NCBI GenBank assembly: GCA_963795215.1
Contig: CAWCGW010000007.1
Coordinates: 639,745-703,744 of the forward strand
DNA length: 64,000 nt
Origin: an uncultured Actinomycetota bacterium
Lineage (GTDB): Bacteria; Actinomycetota; Actinomycetes; Propionibacteriales; Nocardioidaceae
Direction of reading: 5' to 3'
Shown here piece after piece: positions 18,596 to 27,772 of the stretch (the stretch's first letter is position 1; each line of letters starts with the position of its first letter). The notes beneath the pieces are model-generated. The model worked only from the letters and a program-made list of their open reading frames with translations. It did no database searches and had not been told where the DNA came from. The position numbers were made by a program, and so were the translations under genes.

Positions 18596-19473
18596 CCGTC
18601 GGAGGAGCTCGGCAGGGGGTTGGCGATGTCCTCCTGCGGGCCCGTGACCATGGAGAGGGTGCCGAGAGCGAGTGCGACGACAGCGACTCCGGCGACGAGC
18701 CCGCGGAGTCCCTGGCGCGGCTGCTCGCGGTCGTGGAGCAGGGCGACGAGCACGCCGAGACCGCACAGCGCGACCAGGTAGAGGCAGTAGACCTGCGGCG
18801 ATCCCGTCAGCATCAGCCAGCGCCCGGGATCGCCCTCGACGCCGAGGGGGCCACCGAAGTAGGTCCACGGCACGAACACCCTCACGTAGCGCAGCGGCTC
18901 GATGAGCCCCTGCATCACGACAGTCACCATCACCAGGACGACGGCTGCCAGCGCGGCGGCGCCCCGGAAGTGTGCCCATCGGCCGATCACCAGGCCCAGG
19001 ATCGGACCGCCTGCGGTCGAGAGCGTGCCCAGCGCGAACATGATGGCGTAGGCCCACCCGTCGCCGGCCTCGCCACCGAACGGGATGGCGCTGGGGGCGG
19101 GCGGGCTGTCGTTCCACGCCCACACGGCCCAGGCGAAGAACGCCAACCCGGCGCTGAACGGCACCACCACGGCGCTGGCGAGTGCCAAGGTCCGGACCCG
19201 TTCGGTGACGACCACGGTGCCGGCGGCCTCGTGGGCCTCGTCGGAGCGCCGGACCATGCCGGTCATGATGACCAGCCCGAACACGCCGAGGGCTGCCCCG
19301 GGGATGATCACGTGGTAGAGCGACGACGAGGTGGGGTCGGCGCCCATCGCACAGCCGACGACGGTGAGTCCCAGACCGACCAGGAACAGAGGATGCCGCA
19401 GGTAGTGGACGATCTCCTGGCGGGCGAGGGCACCGAGCACGCCAGCGTTCGCGGGGGTCGTGACCTGACTCAT
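18592..19473 (-). CDS. ABC-2-type permease-like membrane protein
   Basis: MSQVTTPANAGVLGALARQEIVHYLRHPLF...; about 6 TM; coupled to the ATPase. Confidence 0.75.
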   Translation of the reverse strand: MSQVTTPANAGVLGALARQEIVHYLRHPLFLVGLGLTVVGCAMGADPTSSSLYHVIIPGAALGVFGLVIMTGMVRRSDEAHEAAGTVVVTERVRTLALASAVVVPFSAGLAFFAWAVWAWNDSPPAPSAIPFGGEAGDGWAYAIMFALGTLSTAGGPILGLVIGRWAHFRGAAALAAVVLVMVTVVMQGLIEPLRYVRVFVPWTYFGGPLGVEGDPGRWLMLTGSPQVYCLYLVALCGLGVLVALLHDREQPRQGLRGLVAGVAVVALALGTLSMVTGPQEDIANPLPSSSDG

Positions 19474-20342
19474 GGGATGACTCCCTCTCGGGACGGGGTG
19501 GTGGCGCGCATGAGGAGATACGCGTCCTCCACCGCCGGCTCGACCGGTCGTGCGTCGGGCCCCGGCGTGCCGCCGATGGAGCGGGTCGCGCCCGTACCGG
19601 TGCGCCAGGATGTCAGGGCTCCGGGGTTCGGCTCGGGTCCGATCCAGACCTGTCCGGCGGCGGTCGCGACCAGCTCGGCGACGGTCCCGTCGAAGCAGAT
19701 GGTGCCGGCGTCGAGCACGATCACGCGATCGCACAGCGCCGAGACATCCTCGGTCTGGTGGGTCGAGAGGAGCACGGCGCTGCCGCGGGCCTGGTGCGAG
19801 AGCAAGGCGCGCAGCGAGGCGCGCTGCTCAGGGTCCAGACCGGTGGTCGGCTCGTCGAGGATGACCAGGGCCGGGTCGCCCATCAGCGCCTGGGCGATGG
19901 CGAGCCGGCGTCGCTGCCCTCCGGAGAGGGCCGAGATCCGCTTCGGGCCGAGCGCGCCGAGGTCGACCAGGTCCAGCACTCGGCGCACCTCGGAGTGACG
20001 CGCCGTCGTGTCCGACCACTCCTTGAGCACGGCGATGTAGTCGAGGAAGTCGAAGGCGGTGCTCCGCCGCGGGAGCCCGACCTCCTGGGGCAGGTAGCCC
20101 AGCAGTCGGCGGGCGCGGGTGCGCTCCGCCAGGGTTCCGGTCACGTCATGTCCGGCGACGGTGATGACGCCGGTGGACGGCGGCTGGGCGGTGGCGAGCA
20201 GCCGCAGCAGGGTGGACTTGCCCGCGCCGTTGGGTCCGAGCAGCCCGACCACACCGGCGCTGAGGTCGAGATCGGTGGCCCCCAGGGCGAGCGTGCGACC
20301 GTAGCTCTTGCTCACGCCGCGAAGCCGGGCGATCGCGCTCAT
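19470..20342 (-). CDS. ABC transporter ATP-binding protein
   Basis: GPNGAGKST, LSGGQRRR, ILDEPTTGLD, STH. Confidence 0.92.
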   Translation of the reverse strand: MSAIARLRGVSKSYGRTLALGATDLDLSAGVVGLLGPNGAGKSTLLRLLATAQPPSTGVITVAGHDVTGTLAERTRARRLLGYLPQEVGLPRRSTAFDFLDYIAVLKEWSDTTARHSEVRRVLDLVDLGALGPKRISALSGGQRRRLAIAQALMGDPALVILDEPTTGLDPEQRASLRALLSHQARGSAVLLSTHQTEDVSALCDRVIVLDAGTICFDGTVAELVATAAGQVWIGPEPNPGALTSWRTGTGATRSIGGTPGPDARPVEPAVEDAYLLMRATTPSREGVIP

Positions 20343-21160
20343 GGCCGGGCCTTCTGGACGGGGACCACCTCGAGCCGGAGGGCGAGCAGCGCCCCGGCGG
20401 CGAGGAGCACGGTCAGGCTGGTCAGCTGGCCGGCGAGCCCGTTGATCGCGGCGAGCTCGCCCTGGGTCCGGACGGTGACCACGACGGCGATCCACACCAG
20501 CGAGACGGCACTCCCGGCCAGCTGCGCACGCCACCACGTCATGACGGTGACGGTGAGCACGGCGAGCATCAGCGAGGGAAGCAGCCAGGTGGCCAGCAGC
20601 AGGTCGATGGTGGGGACGACGCTCATCGCCAGCACCAGCGGCAGCGCGCCCAGGACGGCCACGATCGTGCGCAACAGGGCGACGCGCAGCTTGCTGAACG
20701 GTGTGGTCTCCGCGAGATCGCGCAACGGGTCCGTGGTGTCGTAGGCGGCGGCCACGAGCACGGTCGGCAGCAGCGGCGCGAGAGCCAGGTAGAAGAGCTC
20801 CTGCTGCGGGGTGCTCAGCTGTCCGGCCACGAGGGCGAACCCGACGGCCGCGATGGTGGCCGCGACCAGAGCGAGAACCAGGTTGGACGAGGACCGCAGC
20901 ACCATCACGTCGGTGTCGCGCACCCCGAGGCGGACCAGGAGTCTGGCCGACCGGGGAGGCGTGGGCCGGCTCACGGACACCGCCACCCGGTCCCATATCT
21001 GCTCGAGGTCGTCGTGGCGGGCGACGGCCACCGCGTCGCGGCGGCACTCCGGGCAGGCGCTGACGTGGGTCTCGACGGCGGCCTGACCGACCTGGTCGAG
21101 GAATCCACCGGCGTAGCGACGGAGGAGCTCGGGGCCGGCGTGCCACGGGGTCTCGGTCAT
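20339..21160 (-). CDS. zf-HC2 anti-sigma factor with multi-TM C-terminus
   Basis: VETHVSACPEC (HxxxCxxC) followed by about 6 TM segments; 4-nt overlaps on both sides. Confidence 0.85.
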   Translation of the reverse strand: MTETPWHAGPELLRRYAGGFLDQVGQAAVETHVSACPECRRDAVAVARHDDLEQIWDRVAVSVSRPTPPRSARLLVRLGVRDTDVMVLRSSSNLVLALVAATIAAVGFALVAGQLSTPQQELFYLALAPLLPTVLVAAAYDTTDPLRDLAETTPFSKLRVALLRTIVAVLGALPLVLAMSVVPTIDLLLATWLLPSLMLAVLTVTVMTWWRAQLAGSAVSLVWIAVVVTVRTQGELAAINGLAGQLTSLTVLLAAGALLALRLEVVPVQKARP

Positions 21161-21720
21161 GACGACCTTCCGGTCTCGGCCAGCAGGTGGCCTCGTAGTT
21201 GGGACTTCGCGGCGCGGACCCGGCTCTTGACCGTGCCCTGGGGGAGCCCCAGCAGGCGCGACGCCTCACGCGTGGTCAGGCCGTCGATGACGGTGGCCTG
21301 GACGACGGTGCGCAGCTCGGGCGGCAGCGATCGCATCGCAGCCCCGACGTCGCCGTACTCGACGGCGACGAGCAGCTGGTCCTCGGCGCTCTGCACGGCG
21401 GGCGAGGCGCGCACGATGACACCTTCCTCCACGGGCTCGGGACCACGGCGGGCTCGGAGGCGGGACAGGAGACGACGGATGGCGATGCCCCAGATCCAGC
21501 CGCCCACATCGCCGTCGCCGCGGTAGGTCGCAGCCGACGTCCAGACGGCGACGAACGTGTCCTGCAGCGCGTCGGCCACGAGGTCCCGGTCGGAGGTGCG
21601 GCGTTGCAGCCGCAGCTGCAGCCACGCTGCGTGGCGGTCGAAGAGCGCCCGCAACGCCGCCTCGTCGCCGGCCGTGACCCGCTGCAGCAGGTCTCGGTCG
21701 GTGACGTCGTCTCTCCTCAC
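21157..21720 (-). CDS. ECF RNA polymerase sigma factor
   Basis: DALQDTFVAVW (region 2), WIWGIAIR, LLGLPQGTVKSRVRAA (region 4). Confidence 0.9.
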   Translation of the reverse strand: MRRDDVTDRDLLQRVTAGDEAALRALFDRHAAWLQLRLQRRTSDRDLVADALQDTFVAVWTSAATYRGDGDVGGWIWGIAIRRLLSRLRARRGPEPVEEGVIVRASPAVQSAEDQLLVAVEYGDVGAAMRSLPPELRTVVQATVIDGLTTREASRLLGLPQGTVKSRVRAAKSQLRGHLLAETGRSS

Positions 21721-21863
21721 ACCTTGACTGTCGCAGCGCCACCCGCCAACGGATCGTCCGGAGGCAGACTTTTTCCACGAGTTGGAAGTCGGCCGAGGAA
21801 GAGCCTGAGGGTTCGTTCCACGTCAAGGAGCCGAGCCACCGGTCATCGCACGGGGGTCCCAGC

Positions 21864-22553
21864 TCACGGCGCCCGCAGCAGCTCGCGGGCCACGAAGCCC
21901 ATCCCGACGGCGGTCATGGTCCAGGCGACGAAGTCCAGCTGCGGGCTGCCGAGGACCACGGTGGCGACGAAGTGCAGGGGTTGGGACACCGTGATCGCCC
22001 ACGCAGCCCACGCCGGGATCCGGCCCGAGCGCAGCATCGCCAGTCCGAGCAGCACTGTGCCGACCACGTGGCCCACGACGAACACGGCGACCGCGACGTC
22101 CAACGACGGGTGGCCGGCGTCGACCACGGCCACGGCCTCCCCGGTGGGCACCCCGGCGCGCCAGGTGCTCCAGAGCAGGTGGTCGGCCCCCGCGAACATG
22201 CCGAGCGAGAGGTAGCCGGGCACCCCGAGCCCCAGCGCCCACGTCGTCAGCCGGGGGGCCGCGTCCGCGCAGACCCGCGCCGCGGCGAGGAGGCCGGGCA
22301 CGAGGGTGAGGACCGCGACGTAGGTCAGCCAGAGCACCACGCCCTGCCGCCCCGGGTCCGCCTGGACCGCGGCGACCATCCCGGACGGCTCGGTCTCGGT
22401 GTAGTAGGGGAGGAGCAGCCGGAGCACGGCGACCGCGGCCGGCCCGACGGGCAGCAGCAGAGCCACGGCCCAGCCCGCCACCGGGATCCCCGCGCTCCTG
22501 CGTCCAGCGGTGCGGAGCAGCGTGCTCCGCGTGGTGTCTGCGGTGTTCGTCAT
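21864..22553 (-). CDS. Membrane protein (DUF4386-like), probable target of the divergent two-component system
   Basis: About 6 hydrophobic segments; GC-biased codon pattern; divergent from the kinase. Confidence 0.6.
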   Translation of the reverse strand: MTNTADTTRSTLLRTAGRRSAGIPVAGWAVALLLPVGPAAVAVLRLLLPYYTETEPSGMVAAVQADPGRQGVVLWLTYVAVLTLVPGLLAAARVCADAAPRLTTWALGLGVPGYLSLGMFAGADHLLWSTWRAGVPTGEAVAVVDAGHPSLDVAVAVFVVGHVVGTVLLGLAMLRSGRIPAWAAWAITVSQPLHFVATVVLGSPQLDFVAWTMTAVGMGFVARELLRAP

Positions 22554-22726
22554 GGTGTCGATCCCTTCGAGGACGTCGGGTGACCGTCATCGTCCGGGCT
22601 GTCTCGCTCCGAGGAGCAGAGAAGGGTGCCCGGACGGTCCAGGAGGTCCCCGGGTCGATCGGGAAGATTTCCTGGTCGCCCCCGCCCGGCGCGGCGGTAT
22701 CTTCAGGCGAGACCGAAGGGGGCCCG

Positions 22727-24646
22727 ATGCGGAGCCGATCGCTCGCTGCTGCACTCGGCCTCGTCGCCGCGCTCGCCGCCCTGGGCTCCCTCGCGTGCGT
22801 GCGGGCGGTGGGCTGGACCTTCGCCGACACGCTCGAGACCTTCGTCGTCAGCAACCTCGTGATCGGCGTCAGCTTCGGTCTGTGCGGGGTCCTGATCGCC
22901 TGGCACCGTCCTTCCTCGGCGCTCGGGTGGCTGTACGCCGTCGGCGGGGCGTTGCAGGCGATCTCCGCGCTGGCCGCGCCCCTGGCCCAACTGCTCGACG
23001 ACCGCGGCGCCGCCGAGGAGCTCGTCCGGGTCGCCGCGACCGGAGTCCAGTGGGGGTGGCCGGTCAACATCACGCTGATCCCGATCTCGCTGCTGCTGCT
23101 GCCCGAGGGCCGCTTCCCGACGGGACCGTGGCGGCCGGTGGCACTCGCTGCGGTGGGCACCGCTCCGCTGTTCGTCCTCGAGATCGGGCTGGCGCCGGAG
23201 CACCTGCCCGGTCTCCCCGGCGGGTACCTCGCGCTCGGCGCGGGCGCCTACGAATCCCTGACCTGGCTCTGGACGGTCAGCGAGGTGCGGTGGGCGCTCT
23301 CGGTGGTGATCGGGGTGGTGTACCTGGGCGTCCGCTACCGGTCCGGCAGCGAGGTGGTGCGCCGTCAGCTGCTGTGGTTGGTCGCCGCGGCCACCGCCGT
23401 CGCCCTGACGGTCATCCCCTGGGCCCTGGTCGCCGGCACCCCGCTGGTCGTGCTGTTCACGATCCCGCTGCTGCCCGCAGCCGTCGCGGCCGGGGTGCTG
23501 CGCCACCAGCTGCTCGACATCCGGTTGGTCGTGGCCCGCGGGCTCACGTACGCGTTGCTCTCCGGGCTGGTCCTCGCGGCCTACACCGTGCTGGTGGTCC
23601 TGCTGTCCGGTGTCGCCTCCGCCCTGGTGGTGGCACTGCTCGCCCTCCCGCTGCGCTCGCGGCTCCAGCGGGCGGTCGACCACCTGCTCTACGGCGAGCG
23701 CGGCAACCCGCTGGGGGTCGCCTCGCGCGTCGGCCGCTCGCTGGGGGCCGGCCTGCCCGAGACGCTGGAGGAGATCAGGACGGCGCTGCGTCTGCCGTAC
23801 GTCGCGGTGCTGGTGGACGGGGAGCCGCTCGCAGCCGGCGGCGCACCCGAGGGGCCCTCGGTCGACCACCCCCTCCCGGGAGGCACGCTCGTGGTCGGTC
23901 TGCGTCGGGGGGAGTCCCGGCTCGACCCCGCGGACGAGCACGTCCTCGCCCTGCTCGCCGGACCCCTGTCCACGGCCGTGCGGGCGACGGTGCTGCTCGA
24001 GGAGCTCCAGGGCTCGCGTGAACGGATCGTGGTCGCCCGCGAGGAGGAGCGCCGACGGCTGCGACGCGAGCTGCACGACGGGCTCGGGCCGCTGCTGACC
24101 GGGGTGGCGCTGTCCGCGGACACTGCCGCCAACCTCGCCGGGGGAGCGCCGGACGCACCCCTCCAGGAGCGGCTCGCGGCGGTGCGGTCCGACACGCGGT
24201 CCGCGATCCGGGAGGTGCGTCGGATCGTCGACGACCTCGGCTCACCCGCCCTGGACTCCTTCGGGCTCGTGGAGGCGCTGCGCCTGCGTGCGGACCAGGT
24301 CACCAGGCGTGCCGACGGGGCAGCCCTGCGGACCGTGGTGGAGGCGGACCCGCTGCCGAGCCTCCCCCCGGCCGTCGAGCAGGCGGCCTACCGGATCGCC
24401 ACCGAGGCGCTCAACAACGTCGTCCGACACTCCCGCGCTGCCGGGGTGGCGATCCGGCTCGCCGCTGACGAGGCCGGGCTGCACTGCGAGGTGCTCGACG
24501 ACGGTGGCCCCACGAGCGCGTGGCGCCCCGGGGTCGGGATCGCCGGGATGCGCGAACGGGTCTCGCAGCTGGGCGGCAGCTGCGAGGTGGGCCCGGGTGC
24601 CCGGGGTGGGGAGGTGAGGGTGTGTCTGCCGACCACGCTGGCGTGA
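22727..24646 (+). CDS. Membrane sensor histidine kinase (HisKA_3/NarL-type)
   Basis: Many TM helices, ERRRLRRELHDGLGP (H-box), EALNNVVRHS, DDGG, GIAGMRER. Confidence 0.9.
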   Translation: MRSRSLAAALGLVAALAALGSLACVRAVGWTFADTLETFVVSNLVIGVSFGLCGVLIAWHRPSSALGWLYAVGGALQAISALAAPLAQLLDDRGAAEELVRVAATGVQWGWPVNITLIPISLLLLPEGRFPTGPWRPVALAAVGTAPLFVLEIGLAPEHLPGLPGGYLALGAGAYESLTWLWTVSEVRWALSVVIGVVYLGVRYRSGSEVVRRQLLWLVAAATAVALTVIPWALVAGTPLVVLFTIPLLPAAVAAGVLRHQLLDIRLVVARGLTYALLSGLVLAAYTVLVVLLSGVASALVVALLALPLRSRLQRAVDHLLYGERGNPLGVASRVGRSLGAGLPETLEEIRTALRLPYVAVLVDGEPLAAGGAPEGPSVDHPLPGGTLVVGLRRGESRLDPADEHVLALLAGPLSTAVRATVLLEELQGSRERIVVAREEERRRLRRELHDGLGPLLTGVALSADTAANLAGGAPDAPLQERLAAVRSDTRSAIREVRRIVDDLGSPALDSFGLVEALRLRADQVTRRADGAALRTVVEADPLPSLPPAVEQAAYRIATEALNNVVRHSRAAGVAIRLAADEAGLHCEVLDDGGPTSAWRPGVGIAGMRERVSQLGGSCEVGPGARGGEVRVCLPTTLA

Positions 24647-25305
24647 TCCGGGTGCTCGTCGTCGACGACCACCCGGTGGTCCGGTCGGGTCTGGTCGGGC
24701 TGCTGTCCTCGCTCGAGGGGTTCGAGGTCGTCGCCGTCGCCGGCGACGGCCGGGAGGCCGTCCGCGAGGCGGTGCTGGCGCGACCGGACGTCGCGCTGAT
24801 GGACCTGCACATGCCCCGCGCGGACGGCTTCACCGCCATCCGCGAGCTGGCACGGGTGGCGCCGGCGGTGCGGGTCTGCGTGCTCACGATGTACGACGAC
24901 GACGACTCGCTCTTCGCCGCGATGCGGGCCGGGGCGCACGGCTACCTGCTCAAGGGCGCCGAGCAGGAGGAGATCGCGCGCGCGGTCCGGGCGATCGCGG
25001 CCGGCGAGGCGATCTTCGGCCCCGGCATCGCCGTACGGGTGCTGCACCAGCTGACCGCCCCTCCCGCGGAGCAGAGCCCCCTCGCCTTCCCGGACCTCAC
25101 GGCTCGAGAGCGCCAGGTCCTCGACCTGCTGGCCTCGGCGACGCCCACCGTCGCGATCGCCCGGCGGCTCGACGTCACCCCCAAGACCGTCAGCAACCAC
25201 GTGTCCACCATCCTCACCAAGCTCCACGTCGCCGATCGGACCCAGGCCGCGATGGTGGCGCGCGAGGCGGGGTTGGGCCAGGACGGCCCCGGCGGCTCGC
25301 GGTGA
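24643..25305 (+). CDS. NarL/LuxR-family response regulator
   Basis: VVDDHPVVR, LMDLHMP, LLKGA, LTARERQVL HTH; GTGA overlap with the kinase. Confidence 0.92.
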   Translation: MIRVLVVDDHPVVRSGLVGLLSSLEGFEVVAVAGDGREAVREAVLARPDVALMDLHMPRADGFTAIRELARVAPAVRVCVLTMYDDDDSLFAAMRAGAHGYLLKGAEQEEIARAVRAIAAGEAIFGPGIAVRVLHQLTAPPAEQSPLAFPDLTARERQVLDLLASATPTVAIARRLDVTPKTVSNHVSTILTKLHVADRTQAAMVAREAGLGQDGPGGSR

Positions 25306-25326
25306 TCGGCCGACGCCGAGGTCTGA

Positions 25327-25671
25327 TCAGTCCTGCGAGGCCAGCGACCTCAGCACCTCGGCCTGCGTGACGAGGAACGCCCGCTCGTCCAGCTTCCTGC
25401 GGCGCATCCAGGCGGTGACCTCGGTGTTGCACTTGCTGGCGTTGCAGGACCCGCAGGCGGGTACCACGTTGGCCAGGCAGTAGCGGCCCCCCACGGAGAT
25501 CGGCAGCAGGCAGTCCTTCTGCAGTGGGACGTCCTGCGCGTGGCAGTAGGCGCAGCCGCCCCAGGCCGCCTGCAGGGCGAGCCACTCGGCGGCGGTCAGG
25601 TCGTGCACGACCCTGGCCATCCGGCGCCTGCGGCGACGCGCACGGGTCGCTGCTCGGCTGCGGGAGACCAC
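25327..25671 (-). CDS. HNH-fold Zn-finger protein with Cys at the usual catalytic His position
   Basis: CAYC...QKDCLLPISVGG...NVVPACGSCNASK. Confidence 0.75.
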   Translation of the reverse strand: MVSRSRAATRARRRRRRMARVVHDLTAAEWLALQAAWGGCAYCHAQDVPLQKDCLLPISVGGRYCLANVVPACGSCNASKCNTEVTAWMRRRKLDERAFLVTQAEVLRSLASQD

Positions 25672-25915
25672 GCGCCGAGCGTAGGGCGCCGGCCGCTCGG
25701 GACCCGGGAGCCGCGCGGAGGAGCGGGTCAGGGGCCCCTCGTCCGGCACTCGCCTGGGGTCGTCACCACCCTCCTGACCAGCGGGGGTGGTCGGGTAGGA
25801 CTACTCGCGGGCGACGCTCGCAGCGACTTCGGATCGCGGCGTCACGAGGTGACGCGAAACCACTCCGGCGCCCGTCCCGGGCCACTACCTTGAGGCCCTC
25901 TGAAAGGTGGGCTTC

Positions 25916-27619
25916 ATGAGTGAGATCCGGATCAGCCGCGGTCGGCGGGGGCAGCAGTGGCGCGCGGGCCTGATGCTCGGACCCCTGGTGCTCGCGGCGG
26001 CTGCGTGCGGCACCGTCGACGGCACCGGCTCGGCGACGCCCGGAGCGACGCGCCCCACCGTGGAGCACACCACCGCCTTCCTGGACGAGGGCTGGGGCGA
26101 CGACTCGACCCGAGAGGACGAGCAGGCGTCGGAGGAGACCGGGACCTGGGAGCCCAAGGACGACCTGGGGTCGCTCTACACGTCCCAGAAGTGGTACGGC
26201 GCCCACAAGGCCTGGGCCAAGTCGGACGCCAGGAAGCAGAAGGTCACCGGACGCGGCGTCGACGTGGCGCTCATCGACACCGGCGTGGCCCCCGTGGCCG
26301 GGCTCACCGGAACCAACAAGGTGGTCAACGGACCCGACCTCTCCTTCGAGAGCCAGCACGACGGCACCCGCTACCTCGACGGCTACGGGCACGGCACCCA
26401 CATGGCCGGCGTCATCGCCGGCCGCGACCCCGACGTCGAGAGCGGCGACGAGGACGACGACGAGGTCTTCGTCGGCATGGCTCCGGACGCCCGGATCGTC
26501 AACCTCAAGGTGGGGACCGCAGACGGTGGTGCCGACGTCAGCCAGGTGATCGCGGCGATCGACTGGGCCGTGCAGCACCGGCGCCAGGACGGCCTGAACA
26601 TCCGCGTCATCAACCTGTCCTACGGCACCCACTCGACCCAGCCCTACACCGTCGACCCGCTTGCCTACGCCGTGGAGAACGCGTGGAGCAAGGGGATCGT
26701 GGTCGTGGCTGCCGCCGGCAACGACGGGTCCGGGCAGCAGCTCACCATGCCCGCGGCGGACCCGCACGTCCTGGCCGTCGGCGCCGTCGACCACCTCGGC
26801 ACCTCCTCGCGGAAGGACGACGTCACCGGCGACTTCACCAACTCCGGCACCTCGGAGCGCCGCCCCGACCTGCTGGCGCCCGGGAAGTCGGTGGTCTCGC
26901 TGCGGACGCCCGGCTCCTACTCCGACCGCGCCCATCCCGAGGGCCGGGTGACGGGCGACGACGCCGGTCGGTTCTTCCGTGGCAGCGGGACCTCGCAGGC
27001 GACCGCGATGGTCAGCGGCGCGGCGGCCCTGCTGCTGCAGCAGCGTCCCGAGCTCACCCCCGACCAGGTCAAGTACCTGCTCACCTCGACGGCCGAGCCG
27101 CTCAAGACCGGAGGCTTTGCGCAGGGTGCCGGCGTGCTCGACGTCAATGACATGCTCAAGGAGGACACGCCGTCCGCGGCCGTCGCCGCGCAGCCCTGGG
27201 CCCGTTCGACGGGCACCGGGAGCCTCGAGGCGTCGCGAGGGGACAGCCACGTCGTGGACCCCCTGGACGGGACCGCGTTGACCGGCGAGGTCGATGCGAT
27301 GGGCGCGCCGTGGGTCGCCCGGTCCTGGCGGGACCTGACGGCGACCGACCAAGCCTGGAGCGGAGGCGCCTGGAACGGCCGCACCTGGACCGGCGCCGGC
27401 TGGAGCGGTGGCTCGTGGACCGCCCGGTCCTGGCGGGAGGCCACGTGGAGCGGAGCCTCGTGGACCGGTGGTGACTGGTCCGCGCGCAGCTGGCGCGGCG
27501 ACCAGTGGACCGCGAACGGGTGGTCGAGCATCAACCTCTCCGGACGCAGCTGGTCGCAGGACGCGTGGAGCTCGCGGTCCTGGCGCGACTACTGGGGCAC
27601 GGCCAGCTCCGTCTGGTGA
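25916..27619 (+). CDS. Secreted/lipoprotein S8 (subtilisin-like) serine peptidase with C-terminal Trp pentapeptide repeats
   Basis: Lipobox LAAAAC; catalytic VALIDTG (D), GHGTHMAG (H), AAAGNDG (N), GSGTSQAT (S); W-x4 repeat tail. Confidence 0.92.
   Translation: MSEIRISRGRRGQQWRAGLMLGPLVLAAAACGTVDGTGSATPGATRPTVEHTTAFLDEGWGDDSTREDEQASEETGTWEPKDDLGSLYTSQKWYGAHKAWAKSDARKQKVTGRGVDVALIDTGVAPVAGLTGTNKVVNGPDLSFESQHDGTRYLDGYGHGTHMAGVIAGRDPDVESGDEDDDEVFVGMAPDARIVNLKVGTADGGADVSQVIAAIDWAVQHRRQDGLNIRVINLSYGTHSTQPYTVDPLAYAVENAWSKGIVVVAAAGNDGSGQQLTMPAADPHVLAVGAVDHLGTSSRKDDVTGDFTNSGTSERRPDLLAPGKSVVSLRTPGSYSDRAHPEGRVTGDDAGRFFRGSGTSQATAMVSGAAALLLQQRPELTPDQVKYLLTSTAEPLKTGGFAQGAGVLDVNDMLKEDTPSAAVAAQPWARSTGTGSLEASRGDSHVVDPLDGTALTGEVDAMGAPWVARSWRDLTATDQAWSGGAWNGRTWTGAGWSGGSWTARSWREATWSGASWTGGDWSARSWRGDQWTANGWSSINLSGRSWSQDAWSSRSWRDYWGTASSVW
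27356..27580 (+). repeat. 15 contiguous coding pentapeptide repeats, consensus W-[ST]-[GA]-x-x
   Basis: WSGGA WNGRT WTGAG WSGGS WTARS WREAT WSGAS WTGGD WSARS WRGDQ WTANG WSSIN LSGRS WSQDA WSSRS, then WRDYWGTASSVW-stop; TGG recurs every 15 nt. Confidence 0.95.
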
Positions 27620-27772
27620 CCTGCACCCGGCGGATGTGGGCGATCCGGCCACGCGAGCGGACCCGCGGTCCTATGCTCGACGGACGGACCCGGCCGTGCC
27701 CGTCCGAGTCTCTAGAAGGAATGGGAATCGTGGACGTCATGCACCCCTCCCGGTCCTGGACCCACCGGTGAG

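Noticed and set aside
25750-25915. Possible cyclic-dinucleotide riboswitch upstream of the S8 gene
   Set aside because: The conserved c-di-GMP-I/II and c-di-AMP sequence elements could not be identified by eye; a covariance-model search would be needed.
27356-27580. 15-nt periodic DNA repeat as a possible CRISPR or VNTR
   Set aside because: It is in-frame coding, conserved only at TGG codons, with no constant repeat-spacer structure and no cas genes.
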